This document shows positions 48,706 through 58,741 of a stretch of DNA of 64,000 bases, in pieces. Position 1 is the stretch's first letter; each line of letters starts with the position of its first letter. The position numbers were made by a program, and so were the translations under genes. The stretch lies in the IMG/VR virus record IMGVR_UViG_3300038345_000144. One strand, 5' to 3'. The DNA is from a virus (lineage: Duplodnaviria; Caudoviricetes). The notes beneath the pieces were generated by a model, which worked only from the letters and a program-made list of their open reading frames with translations, was not told the DNA's origin and searched no databases.

Positions 48706-49122
48706 TTAATCTCCCCTTAAATATTTGTCTTGTTCTGATGGTTTTCTTACAAAACATATCCACTCTTCCGAGCCATAACCCTCATAGTGAATTATATACG
48801 GCTTTTCTATATAATTGACCTCGATTATTCTCGCATTATAGTCTACTGTCATTTGCTCCACATCATACATATCACACGGATATTTTGTTTGCTTGACTGA
48901 AGCAAGATTGAAAAGCATAACTCCCAATCCGACTACAATACCTAATCCACCAAATATCAACAGAGCAGTTCCCAAAAGTGCTCCAAATTCCGAATGTGGA
49001 GAGCGTTTTAGAGCAATCATTATCTTTATTATGGTCAGCATAATCAAGAAGATAATAAGGCATATAACAAATGTCAGAAGCCCACCTGCAACCCAATTAT
49101 ACAAACGGTCATAGACGCTCAT
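48706..49122 (-). CDS. 2-TM protein, YxIEQMA family
   Basis: YDVEQMTVDYNA...HYEGYGSEEW. Confidence 0.75.
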   Translation of the reverse strand: MSVYDRLYNWVAGGLLTFVICLIIFLIMLTIIKIMIALKRSPHSEFGALLGTALLIFGGLGIVVGLGVMLFNLASVKQTKYPCDMYDVEQMTVDYNARIIEVNYIEKPYIIHYEGYGSEEWICFVRKPSEQDKYLRGD

Positions 49123-49123
49123 A

Positions 49124-49543
49124 TCAACTCTCCTGTATTAAATATTGGGCTTGAGGGTCAGGCTGTCCTACATAATACACCCACTCTTCTGTTCCATATC
49201 CTTCATAATGTATTAAATAAGGATTATGCTCTCTGTCGTCTTCGATAGTTCGGGCATTATAATCAATAGCCATTTGTTCTATATCATACTTATCCGAGTA
49301 ATATCCAGTTTTGGACACCTGACGACTTGAAATAACAAGTCCTGCAAGACTAATAAATATTTCGCCTACACAAATTATACTAATAATGGTTATAGCCGAA
49401 AATACCTTATCCACATTTATAGATTTAATTGCACAAGCAAGTATCAGTCCAATAATAATGGTTAACAAACAGACCACAAATCCTGCTCCAAGTGCAATTT
49501 CCCAACCAGTCTGTATTTGAGTCAAACGGTCTAAAACACTCAT
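49124..49543 (-). CDS. 2-TM protein, YxIEQMA family
   Basis: YDIEQMAIDYNA...HYEGYGTEEWVYY. Confidence 0.75.
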   Translation of the reverse strand: MSVLDRLTQIQTGWEIALGAGFVVCLLTIIIGLILACAIKSINVDKVFSAITIISIICVGEIFISLAGLVISSRQVSKTGYYSDKYDIEQMAIDYNARTIEDDREHNPYLIHYEGYGTEEWVYYVGQPDPQAQYLIQES

Positions 49544-49545
49544 AT

Positions 49546-49971
49546 TTATACCTCCTTATCAAGTAAGAATTTTGCTTGAGGGTTTTCTTCTACTTCAAAA
49601 TAAACCCAATCGCTTTTTCCAAATCCTTCATAATATGCTATATATGACATATTACTGTCCTGATTTTGCTTATATTTAATAGTTTCTCGTTTAGCGTGAT
49701 ATTCTTCTGCCATTTGTTCCACATCATATTCAGAGGCATTATATACAGTTTTAACAACCCCAATCTTAATTATGCTATAAGCAAAAATGGAGATTAACCA
49801 AACTGCACAAAACACCCACGCTAAAACGGCTAAAACAGTTTTACCATTATAGGATTGAGGCAATTCACACAATAAAGCAAAAACAAAAAACAACAATAGT
49901 CCTATTCCAAATATAATTATCAAATAGTTTGCCACAGTTGTTACTAACTCATATGGTCCCATATTAAGCAC
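49546..49971 (-). CDS. 2-TM protein, YxIEQMA family
   Basis: YDVEQMAEEYHA...YYEGFGKSDWVYF. Confidence 0.75.
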   Translation of the reverse strand: MLNMGPYELVTTVANYLIIIFGIGLLLFFVFALLCELPQSYNGKTVLAVLAWVFCAVWLISIFAYSIIKIGVVKTVYNASEYDVEQMAEEYHAKRETIKYKQNQDSNMSYIAYYEGFGKSDWVYFEVEENPQAKFLLDKEV

Positions 49972-49980
49972 CCTTTCTTT

Positions 49981-50466
49981 TTAATTGTTGTCACCCTTTG
50001 TAGCATTATGTTCATCAATCATTTTAGCAGTATTGATGAGAATTTGCTTCAACTGGTCGTCAATCTGGTATCTCTCGGCATTTTTACTGATAGATGCTAA
50101 AAGATTTCCATTATCCTGTCTTTCAGAAGATGCCTTCCAATCGGCAAACATTTCTAAAATATCTATCAAGTTCATATCATTGACACCCTTTGGGAAGTGT
50201 TCTGGATGATGTCTGTTCTTGGCATAATGGGCATCAAGAGCCGTTTTCAAATCTTCTTTAATGCACTTATTGTAATCCTCACTGCCGTAGGTAAGTTTTG
50301 CTAACTTGTCATTGACAGAAGCAAACCCCTCGGCTTCAGGACTTTCAAGTTTAGACCTATCGTGGTCTATACCTCTTTGTGTTAGAGCATCAGTAAGTAC
50401 CTTAATGTATTTACGGACTTTCTCTATATGCTTTATTGTATCTAATTTACTTTCTGCAAGTTTCAT
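49981..50466 (-). CDS. DUF5662-like HD-fold protein
   Basis: T.KHI..V, HDRSKL, HYAKNRHHPEHF, MNLID..EM.ADW. Confidence 0.8.
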   Translation of the reverse strand: MKLAESKLDTIKHIEKVRKYIKVLTDALTQRGIDHDRSKLESPEAEGFASVNDKLAKLTYGSEDYNKCIKEDLKTALDAHYAKNRHHPEHFPKGVNDMNLIDILEMFADWKASSERQDNGNLLASISKNAERYQIDDQLKQILINTAKMIDEHNATKGDNN

Positions 50467-50545
50467 AATTGAATTACCTCCAATTTAGAAATTATAGTAT
50501 TATACACTTACCAAAGGTAAATGCAATACCTAAAATTCACAACTT

Positions 50546-50953
50546 TTACTCTGGTAATTCGTTAACAACAACCGTACCTGACTTGAAGTAAATAATGTGT
50601 CTCTGACCATTTTCGTCATCGAACATAATTCTTTCATCAGAATATTCAATATCAAACTTACCCCTGTATTCTGCAAGGAGGTCGCCGTCCATATCATATA
50701 CCATAACTTCTCTTGTGATACCACCGTTGAAGTTGGAGTCCTGTGTCTTCAAGGCTCTCTTACCTTCTTCCGTGCCTGTGTACCACCAGTTACCAAATAC
50801 CCAAATACCTGCAATAATAGCCATACCAACGGCTACAACTCCTAATGCACCAATCTTATAGTCATTATCCATAAGAGAGTATGCAATCAAACCTGCAATA
50901 ACAAGAACTACGAGTGTTCCTAAAATACAAAGAATTATACCACCAACTGTCAT
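50546..50953 (-). CDS. 2-TM membrane protein
   Basis: Two TMs, then R..KT..SNF.GG..R.V.VYD..G....Y.GKFDI. Confidence 0.7.
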   Translation of the reverse strand: MTVGGIILCILGTLVVLVIAGLIAYSLMDNDYKIGALGVVAVGMAIIAGIWVFGNWWYTGTEEGKRALKTQDSNFNGGITREVMVYDMDGDLLAEYRGKFDIEYSDERIMFDDENGQRHIIYFKSGTVVVNELPE

Positions 50954-52409
50954 TTCTTTTCTGCTCCTTTCAGGCTGTTAATACAACCCTCAATAATTGT
51001 CTTAAATTCTTCTTTTGTAATGTCGTGAGAGCAATAAGCGTCTCTCAAAGCGTATTTATACCAACTCATCGTAAAGTTATTAGGCTTAAACTCAAAGTTG
51101 GGTAATGCCATAATCTTTTCATCTTCGCCCCAGTAATAGGGTCTGATGATAAATGTTTCGTTCTCAAACGGCTCTGCGTGGCACTCCATATTGAGTTCAT
51201 CAAGAAGTTTTGAGAATATCTTTTCCCAACCTCTTCTATCCTCGATATAGAAGTTTCCTCGGCTATGACCAAAGAGAAGATTACCCAGTTCAAGGGTTTC
51301 CGTTGACATCTGTTTCATTTTTTACCTCCGAAATGCCCCAACAAAGGCAGTGTTTAATAACAAGGTCTTTAATTTCCTCGTCCGACATATGTTCTATCTG
51401 TTCGGCTCTTTCATAACTGCCTGATGCCACGATAAGCGACATTCTGGCGTTATCAATGTTAATGTCAATTGTTGTCCTCATTAACAGGTTCCTTTCTGCT
51501 TACTGTGAATTTAGCGTTAGGATAGCAGGAATAACCATAGGCTGTCGGTTCGCTTAAATCCGCATTAAGAATATCTGCAATCAATTCTGCGTTGGACCTG
51601 ATGTTGCACATACAAATCATATCAGGATTGCCGATTTCATATACGGCATAGTCGCAGACAATTGGCTTAACAAAATATCTACTCATTTTACTTTTCCTCG
51701 TCCTTAATGTACTTAAAATACAAATCCTTTAACCTCTGACCCTTTTCTTCAGGGATAGGTGTAGGGTGGATTAACTTTTTTTCAATCGGAGACTGTGGTT
51801 TCTGCTTAATTTCATCACCCGTCCACATCTGCAATTCCTTTGCAATAGAGAAACCAGGCGGGATTGGTACAGGTGAAATATTTTCAGACTTATTTTTATC
51901 CAGTCTTACCGATGTGTTTGTATTTTCACTCATCTTTCGCTCTCCTCTACTTCGTTTGCATTTGCCATTTGGCGTATAGTTTCCTGACAACCCTCGGCTG
52001 ATGACTTATAAATGTTCATCTTCTTCGTATAGTATTCAGTAAATATCTTCTTTGCCTTATCCACATCCTTTTCCAAAAGATATACATAAGGAAACCACTG
52101 AAGAATAGTCTGAATTGTGCCAATATGAACAGTATCAATTATAGTCTTATGATAAGGCTTTATAATACGCATAGGGTTATCTTCAACCACATACTGATAG
52201 TCGCTGTTAAGAAACTTCTTTGTTTGTTCATCAATAGGTACTCTGATATATGGTACTTCCTTAACCAACCACTTATTTTCATAGTAATAAAAACGATAAA
52301 GTGTACCTACCTCATCAATCGTTGTGTTAAACAAACAGGGGAGTTCCCAACGATGTAAAGTATCGCCTGCCTTAATTCCTGCAAGGGTTTTTCTTTCTTC
52401 GTTTACCAT
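50950..52409 (-). other. Run of five small hypothetical genes (50950-51318, 51290-51481, 51465-51686, 51688-51933, 51930-52409)
   Basis: Overlapping ORFs with SDs; 51930-52409 shares a D.AKKIF motif with 7928-8386. Confidence 0.6.
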
Positions 52410-52410
52410 A

Positions 52411-52728
52411 TTATGACCCCTTCTTTGAAACTTCTACATTAGACAGATAGACCATTGTTCCATCTTTTTTCTCTAATGATATGGTATTTCTGTATCGGTG
52501 AATGAGTACATCATCATACTCTACATAAGTGTCTGTTTCTACAAAGTGAACGGTAACATCGTAATACTTCGGAGGTATTCCCGACATTATCCCACCAACT
52601 AACCAGAACATAGCAAGAAAACAACAGACAACCCTCATTCCCAAACTGTCGGATAAGAATATTCCGATAAAGAACAATATGGCAAGCAATAAGCACAGTA
52701 TGAGAACTACAACCTTAACAGTTACCAT
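52411..52728 (-). CDS. 2-TM protein, paralog of 53072-53449
   Basis: VTVHFVETDT.V.Y.D. Confidence 0.7.
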   Translation of the reverse strand: MVTVKVVVLILCLLLAILFFIGIFLSDSLGMRVVCCFLAMFWLVGGIMSGIPPKYYDVTVHFVETDTYVEYDDVLIHRYRNTISLEKKDGTMVYLSNVEVSKKGS

Positions 52729-52937
52729 TACTTATCTCCCTTCTCGCTCTGACGGTATGCCTGAAGTTCCTTGAGCCAAGATAACATCTGACCATACTCT
52801 TCGACATTTCCCTCCAGAGTACCGATAATCATTCTGTCGGCAATACTTGAGCAACCTTCTGCCTTTCTTTCAGCAAGACCCTTGCTTGCTTCCTTAAACT
52901 TTGTTTCGTACTTCTGAATTGTACCCTCTAAAGTCAT
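52728..52937 (-). CDS. Small hypothetical protein
   Basis: Start MTLEG; E..Q...WLKEL..YR motif. Confidence 0.6.
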   Translation of the reverse strand: MTLEGTIQKYETKFKEASKGLAERKAEGCSSIADRMIIGTLEGNVEEYGQMLSWLKELQAYRQSEKGDK

Positions 52938-53071
52938 TTTCTTACCTCTTCCTTTATTAAAAATCGTGACCACCACGGCTCCTTGAGTCATTTGTGGGGG
53001 AACCGCCCAAGCCTCCGATAAAATCAACTATAATTGCAATTAGGATAACTATTCCTATACCAGCCACTACC

Positions 53072-53449
53072 TTAAGCATTTGTATCAACCTCCTCTACAT
53101 CAATTGTTGCATTGACAATTTGAATATGATGACCGTCATTTGTAATGACCGTTCTATCGCCGTTCTTACCATACAATAACTGGGCATCTTCATAGCATAC
53201 AGTTGTATTTGTATCTTCAAAATGCACCGTAATATTCTGCTTTTGAGCCAGCATACCATAGAAATCAAGTACGCCCATAGTTACGATAAATATAGCAAGT
53301 ACACCGCCAAGAAATCTCATTACAATCGCTCCTGACTTGTCGTTGGGGTTATCGGAAAACAGAAATTCGATTATCTCATTCAGTTTAACGATACCAACAT
53401 AAACGCCAAAAGCGAAAACAACCATTAAAATAAGTCCTACAATTCTCAT
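53072..53449 (-). CDS. 2-TM protein
   Basis: ITVHFEDTNTTVCYED. Confidence 0.7.
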   Translation of the reverse strand: MRIVGLILMVVFAFGVYVGIVKLNEIIEFLFSDNPNDKSGAIVMRFLGGVLAIFIVTMGVLDFYGMLAQKQNITVHFEDTNTTVCYEDAQLLYGKNGDRTVITNDGHHIQIVNATIDVEEVDTNA

Positions 53450-53453
53450 TTTC

Positions 53454-53807
53454 TTATCCCTCCACCCTATACTGGTCTACTGAAACTTCGTCAAGGGGTA
53501 CATAATATACCCACTCGTCTGAACTGGTATAATACTTTAACACACAATTTACTCTATCCTGCTTGATAACCTTTGCATTAAAGTCCTCTGCCATCTGTTC
53601 GATATTATATTCATTAGGGCGATATTCCTTTATGCTCGCCTTATGAACCAAGATAACCGCCAGAGGTAGTGCAATCGCCATAGCCGCAAACATTGACGCT
53701 AACACTGCACTTTCGGGGTCAAATTTGCAACACGCCATAACGCAAATCACTGATATTGCAAGTGCTATAATCAAGCAGATGATAAAACCGATTGTACTAT
53801 TTGCCAT
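53454..53807 (-). CDS. 2-TM protein, YxIEQMA family
   Basis: YNIEQMAEDFNA...EWVYY. Confidence 0.75.
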   Translation of the reverse strand: MANSTIGFIICLIIALAISVICVMACCKFDPESAVLASMFAAMAIALPLAVILVHKASIKEYRPNEYNIEQMAEDFNAKVIKQDRVNCVLKYYTSSDEWVYYVPLDEVSVDQYRVEG

Positions 53808-53823
53808 TTTTGTATCTCCTTCT

Positions 53824-53909
53824 AAAGAAAATCACCCAAGTTAGATAACAAAGGTGATTTGGTTTATTGTTATGATGTTATTATAGCAAATGAGTTATGA
53901 AGTTGTAAA
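53824..53909 (-). promoter_or_regulatory. Promoter with a terminator-like hairpin in the leader
   Basis: TTTACA-N18-TATAAT (53880-53909); AAATCACC...GGTGATTT-TCTTT just before the SD. Confidence 0.6.
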
Positions 53910-53912
53910 GGG

Positions 53913-54981
53913 TTACTTTCCAGTTTTTGTAGTCTTTTTCTTATAAGACTTTACAGGGATAGCCTCATACTCTACCCACTGTCTTCTCCAAAGGTCTACA
54001 TCAACTTTTTTAGTTATTGCCATTAAAGGAGTAACCAACTCATCTTGGAGGTTGTAAAAGCGGAAGAATTCTTTTACGCCAGATTTACCCTCACATACTC
54101 CCTTCAAAAACTCTCGTTTTAAGAGTTTCTTCGGGGGTCCATTAACATAGGTTGCTTCTTCATAAAGACTGCTTTCAATTAAATACATCTGCATATTACT
54201 CAACCTCACTGATGCTTTCAATAACTTTCACTATTCTGTACTTGCCTGTCTCAAAGTCCTCTTCTTTAGATAGATACCAAGAGTTCAAGAAACTTGAGCG
54301 AGCCTTGTTTTCTGATAAATAGGTCTTGATAGCGGTGTTTCCTATGTTGTTAATAGGCTTAAACTCATAGTGTTGAGCCAACCCACAGAAAATCTCCCCT
54401 GTGCAGTTTACTACTACATATCGTTCTCGTTTAATATCAATTGTCATCTTCTGTTTCCTTTGCTTTGAACATTTCACAATCACTGTTAGGGTCTACTTCC
54501 TGTACCCACGGTTCTACATTACTCTTATAGTCTGGGTCAAGTTCTTTTTCCAGTTTATCCTGAATTAAGAGCATAATACAGCAGTAACTATCTTTGTACC
54601 CCTCGCCTACCTTAAAATCTTTAAGCAACTTTCGACCATAGACACATCTATCGCATCTTGGAGGATTTTGGGCTTCTTCCTTCCAATCCATAATTACGCT
54701 CCGTCCCCGAAATAAGGCTTGAGAAGTTCCTCTCTCTTCTTATCGGTTTCCTCAATAATTTCTGATGTCTTTTCGAGTGTAGCAAGCAACGCCTTAACAT
54801 CAGAACTATACTCACGGCGTAATTCACAGGCTCTACTTGCGGCAAGGTCGGCAATAGTCATAATTTCACTCTTTGTGAAAATGCTAAAGTCTTCGACCTT
54901 ATTCGCCTTTGCCTGAATAGTATCAAGTTGGTTAATCTTATTTGCTAACCTTTCAAAATGTTCGGTACTGGTATTACTCAT
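53913..54981 (-). other. Run of four small hypothetical genes (53913-54221, 54196-54447, 54437-54691, 54694-54981)
   Basis: Abutting ORFs. Confidence 0.6.
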
Positions 54982-54984
54982 TAG

Positions 54985-55698
54985 TTACTTTCCCCTGAAT
55001 GATGTCTTTGTGTCAAAGCCGTGGTTTACAATCTTATCCTTGTTTGTAGTACCCTCGGCAGTAGTTGTCTCTGAAGCAGTCTTCATAAGTGAGAAATACT
55101 CGTCAATTGCATAATACATTGTATCTGCGTCAATAAGATTAGCGATACCACACGCCTTGAGAAGAGGAAATGTCTCAATCCTCGTATAGTCGTAGGTATT
55201 CTTCTTTTTATTGTAAGTACGCTCGCTTGTCGAACTGAAATCGTGAGGAACCTCATAATCCTTATGAATGATTGCGTCCTTAAAGTCATTTGCGTGTGCT
55301 CGGACATTATCCTCAACCAATATCCTCTTACGAGTCTTATAGTTGTAGTTAAATACCGAATACTGCCACATTTGATTAAAACCAATCTGCTCTAACTTGA
55401 GAACCTTAAGGTCCCTATCATAATCTGTCCAAGAGGCAAGTACCTCAATGTCGTAATCTACAATCTCTGGAATATTATAATCCCTCTTTGCCCACTTTGA
55501 CGCTGTTACAAAGAAAAGCCAATAATGAGCACCGCACTGGAGAAGTAAGAAGATATGATTGTCGTCATCCCAAGTGCCAATACGCCGAATAATGCTTGCC
55601 TTTTGAAGTAGATAGGAGTTACGCCTGTCAAATACTAATGTATCTGTCGGGTCGTGAAGATAGTCATAATAGTCCTGTAACTTGTCAATAATTCGCAT
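54985..55698 (-). CDS. Phage hypothetical protein
   Basis: MRIID...DYYDY N-terminus and NKDKI..HGFD.KTSFR C-terminus, a motif pair I associate with large phages. Confidence 0.75.
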   Translation of the reverse strand: MRIIDKLQDYYDYLHDPTDTLVFDRRNSYLLQKASIIRRIGTWDDDNHIFLLLQCGAHYWLFFVTASKWAKRDYNIPEIVDYDIEVLASWTDYDRDLKVLKLEQIGFNQMWQYSVFNYNYKTRKRILVEDNVRAHANDFKDAIIHKDYEVPHDFSSTSERTYNKKKNTYDYTRIETFPLLKACGIANLIDADTMYYAIDEYFSLMKTASETTTAEGTTNKDKIVNHGFDTKTSFRGK

Positions 55699-55775
55699 TT
55701 TTCTTTTTACCTTTCGCTATTTTTTATAATAGCCCACCATTTATCTACACGCTTATTGCGGTAAATTACTAAATA

Positions 55776-56237
55776 TTACTTTGGGGTTGTTTCCCTTCCG
55801 TATTTTTCCTGTAACTTAATATAAAGTTCTCTTTCCTTTTTCTCTGCGAGTTCCTTTTTCTTCTGTTTAGCCTTTTCTTCGGCTATCTTCTTATTTTCCC
55901 TAATAGTCTGCTCAAACTGTTGTATATCAATAGGCTCATATAACCATTTAATAGGGAAAACCGTGCGGTTCAAATAAGTCCCATATCCGTCAGGGTCCCA
56001 CTCAACATAAATCAAAGGCTCATTGGAATACTTAATTTGGTCTTCAAACTTATAAGCAAAAGGTATTGTCTTATCTGCATAAGCAAAATCGGTAATTTCC
56101 CAAGCCTTACAATTAACATACCCTAATTCTTTTAGTTTGTTGATAACTTCTTTAAGAGGCTCTACCAACTTTCGCATTAAAATCAACGCATTAGCCGTTT
56201 CCTCTACCTTTTTGTTATCGTGAGTAATTTTAGCCAT
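55776..56237 (-). CDS. Hypothetical protein
   Basis: Start MAKIT; C-terminal ERELY.KL.EKYG. Confidence 0.65.
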   Translation of the reverse strand: MAKITHDNKKVEETANALILMRKLVEPLKEVINKLKELGYVNCKAWEITDFAYADKTIPFAYKFEDQIKYSNEPLIYVEWDPDGYGTYLNRTVFPIKWLYEPIDIQQFEQTIRENKKIAEEKAKQKKKELAEKKERELYIKLQEKYGRETTPK

Positions 56238-56244
56238 TTTATGA

Positions 56245-56442
56245 TTACCTCTTCCATTCCCAAACATCATAAGTTTCAGGCTTACCACCCATATGAGTAT
56301 CGAAATACTCAACTTCCTTTCTTAATGTGGCTACTACCTCGCCGTCCTCATCAACAAGAGCCGTATAAGGCTTGGGTGCAGGTCCTCCACAATGCGTATC
56401 GTGGTAAGGTGTAATCTTTGCAATTCTGAATGTGTTGCTCAT
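56245..56442 (-). CDS. Hypothetical protein
   Basis: AGGAGG SD; promoter TTTACA-N18-TATAAT at 56477-56506. Confidence 0.7.
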   Translation of the reverse strand: MSNTFRIAKITPYHDTHCGGPAPKPYTALVDEDGEVVATLRKEVEYFDTHMGGKPETYDVWEWKR

Positions 56443-56600
56443 TTGTATTTCCTCCTAATGTTTTATTAACAATGTTATTATAGCAGAGAATATACAAATC
56501 TGTAAAGAGGTATATTCACTTTTTATTAGATACTTGCATTATACTACTCATTTGTAATATAATAAGTACGGTTAAACTAATGAAAGGAGGAAAAGTGGAA

Positions 56601-57149
56601 ATGATATACTTCATTAGTGACACACATTTCAATCACGATAAGGGTTTCATCTATGAGCCTCGAAATTTCGACTCGATGCCAGAAATGAACGAAAGACTTA
56701 TTGCGAATTGGAACAAGGTAGTATCACCTGACGACACTGTATATGTTGTTGGCGATTTCTTCTTGGGAGCAGATATGGATTATGTCTTAAATACCCTCAA
56801 GAGACTGAACGGCAATATCATACTTGTTCGAGGCAACCACGACTCTGATGCCAAGATTAGGCTATACGAGCAGACAGGTAAGATACTGGACATTGTGTGG
56901 GCAACACAGATTACATACAAGAAGAGAAATTTCTTCATTTGTCACTATCCGACTATGACCGCCAACTTTGGTGATAAGAAGAACCCTGATAAGGTAGTCA
57001 TCAACATCTTTGGTCACACTCATAGCCCTGACAAGTTCTATGAAGGAATGGCTAATATGTATAATGTGGCTTGCGACGCACACGACTGTACTCCCGTAAG
57101 TATCGAAGAAATATACTCCGATGTTATGGAAGCACTCTACAAGAGATAA
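56601..57149 (+). CDS. Calcineurin-like metallophosphoesterase
   Basis: SDTHF, VGDF, GNHD, CHYP, GHTH motifs. Confidence 0.9.
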   Translation: MIYFISDTHFNHDKGFIYEPRNFDSMPEMNERLIANWNKVVSPDDTVYVVGDFFLGADMDYVLNTLKRLNGNIILVRGNHDSDAKIRLYEQTGKILDIVWATQITYKKRNFFICHYPTMTANFGDKKNPDKVVINIFGHTHSPDKFYEGMANMYNVACDAHDCTPVSIEEIYSDVMEALYKR

Positions 57150-57246
57150 GAAAAATCTCTATAATCAAATTGATGAGGGTATCTGTTGGTGAGAACAGGT
57201 ACTATTTTTTTGCAATAAAAAAGCACCCTTTCGAGTGCTTTCATAT

Positions 57247-57708
57247 TTACTTCTTATCGTCTAACATATTAGCAACCTGTTCCGCAACCTTTTCTTTAAT
57301 CTTATTCGCAGTTGCACGAATGAAAAATTCTTCAATAAGAGGGTTGATAATATCAGTAAAATCAAGGGAGTCAATGTAATCTTTAACTACCTGTTCGATG
57401 TGCTTTTTTACATCAGTTGTAAAGGTACTGTTTTTATCATCCCAAAAGAGTGCTCTACACTTTTTCTCAACAGTGTCTTCAAAGGCTTTCTCAATAAGGT
57501 CTTCCTTACGGTAATCGTATTTGCTATACTTTTTCTCAAGGATTTCATTAAACCTATTTTCAAGAGCCTCTCTATCAAGTTCTGTGGTCATATTTTCCAC
57601 ATAACTCTTTGCCATACGCTGTAATCTCTTGTTAAGCAGTTCCTTAATCTGCTCATCAAGTTCATCAGAATTGATTGTGAAACGAATGTTTGTTGATTTA
57701 TTAGACAT
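57247..57708 (-). CDS. Hypothetical protein
   Basis: AGGAGG SD. Confidence 0.65.
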   Translation of the reverse strand: MSNKSTNIRFTINSDELDEQIKELLNKRLQRMAKSYVENMTTELDREALENRFNEILEKKYSKYDYRKEDLIEKAFEDTVEKKCRALFWDDKNSTFTTDVKKHIEQVVKDYIDSLDFTDIINPLIEEFFIRATANKIKEKVAEQVANMLDDKK

Positions 57709-57727
57709 TTTATATGTCCTCCTTTAT

Positions 57728-58426
57728 TTAATTATTATTTTCTTTATCTGCGTAGGCACACCAAACCTGTGTATTGCAGTCTTTGTTTGGCTGTTCCCAG
57801 TACAATTTATTACCAAGTTCCCATACACTCTTGAGCGTAAACGGGGTATCACCAAAGTATTTCTTTGCCAATGCTAAAACAGTGCTGTGGTATGATAACG
57901 AACCACCAACCCAGTAATCTGTTGCACAATTCTCGTTCTTATATAAATACAAGAATGAAGTAACTTCCGTTCCCTCCCCGTCTGGTACTGTATTAGCATA
58001 AGTAACATTAGATTTGCTTGCAAACGGCTCCTTATCAGTAACAAAACGGAGATATTCTGATAACTGGGTAACAATCGCATATAATCTACCCATTGAGAAG
58101 ATAAATTCAGGATTGTACTTCTTCATATTCTTCATTCCGTAGTAATTGAATGAAGATGTATAGAAGTAACGAACCTCCGATGATAAGCGTTCAAAGTCAG
58201 GGTCTCCATACCACTTATAAGTCCCCTTTGCAACCGAGCAGGCTCTAATTGCCATAGCGTTAAGAGTTTCGTGGTCGTCCCTTAATGTTTTGTCTTTAAT
58301 CTCTTTAATAAGCCTATTAGTGAGTTCCGTAGGAATAAGCAATCCCGCTTTTTCTGATGGGTTTTCAAATCCCCCATTGTAAGTAAGGAGAGTGCCTCCA
58401 TTTTCAAGTTCAATTATATCTGCCAT
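57728..58426 (-). CDS. Hypothetical protein
   Basis: 232-aa ORF with SD. Confidence 0.7.
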   Translation of the reverse strand: MADIIELENGGTLLTYNGGFENPSEKAGLLIPTELTNRLIKEIKDKTLRDDHETLNAMAIRACSVAKGTYKWYGDPDFERLSSEVRYFYTSSFNYYGMKNMKKYNPEFIFSMGRLYAIVTQLSEYLRFVTDKEPFASKSNVTYANTVPDGEGTEVTSFLYLYKNENCATDYWVGGSLSYHSTVLALAKKYFGDTPFTLKSVWELGNKLYWEQPNKDCNTQVWCAYADKENNN

Positions 58427-58698
58427 TTTATTCCCCCCTTATCGAGTCTGGCTTCAAGTTCCTTAATGTAGTCTACCAATACGCCTGTATAATATTCGTG
58501 AGAGCCACCGTCACCTATAATATGAGTAAGATATTCGATAGCGTGATTGATTTGAGCCAGTTTACGGACTTCTTCTTCACTGATGAATTCCCCAAACTCC
58601 TCCTCACTATACTGACTAATCAGGTCATAATAAGGACTATCAAGGCGTTTTTCCATTTCCGCAATCTTTTCTCTTTTTTCTTTTATCGTAAGTTTCAT
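58414..58698 (-). CDS. Hypothetical protein
   Basis: Operon packing. Confidence 0.6.
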   Translation of the reverse strand: MKLTIKEKREKIAEMEKRLDSPYYDLISQYSEEEFGEFISEEEVRKLAQINHAIEYLTHIIGDGGSHEYYTGVLVDYIKELEARLDKGGIKWQI

Positions 58699-58741
58699 TA
58701 TTTTACTATACCCCTTTATACAAAATCAAGTATATTATTTG

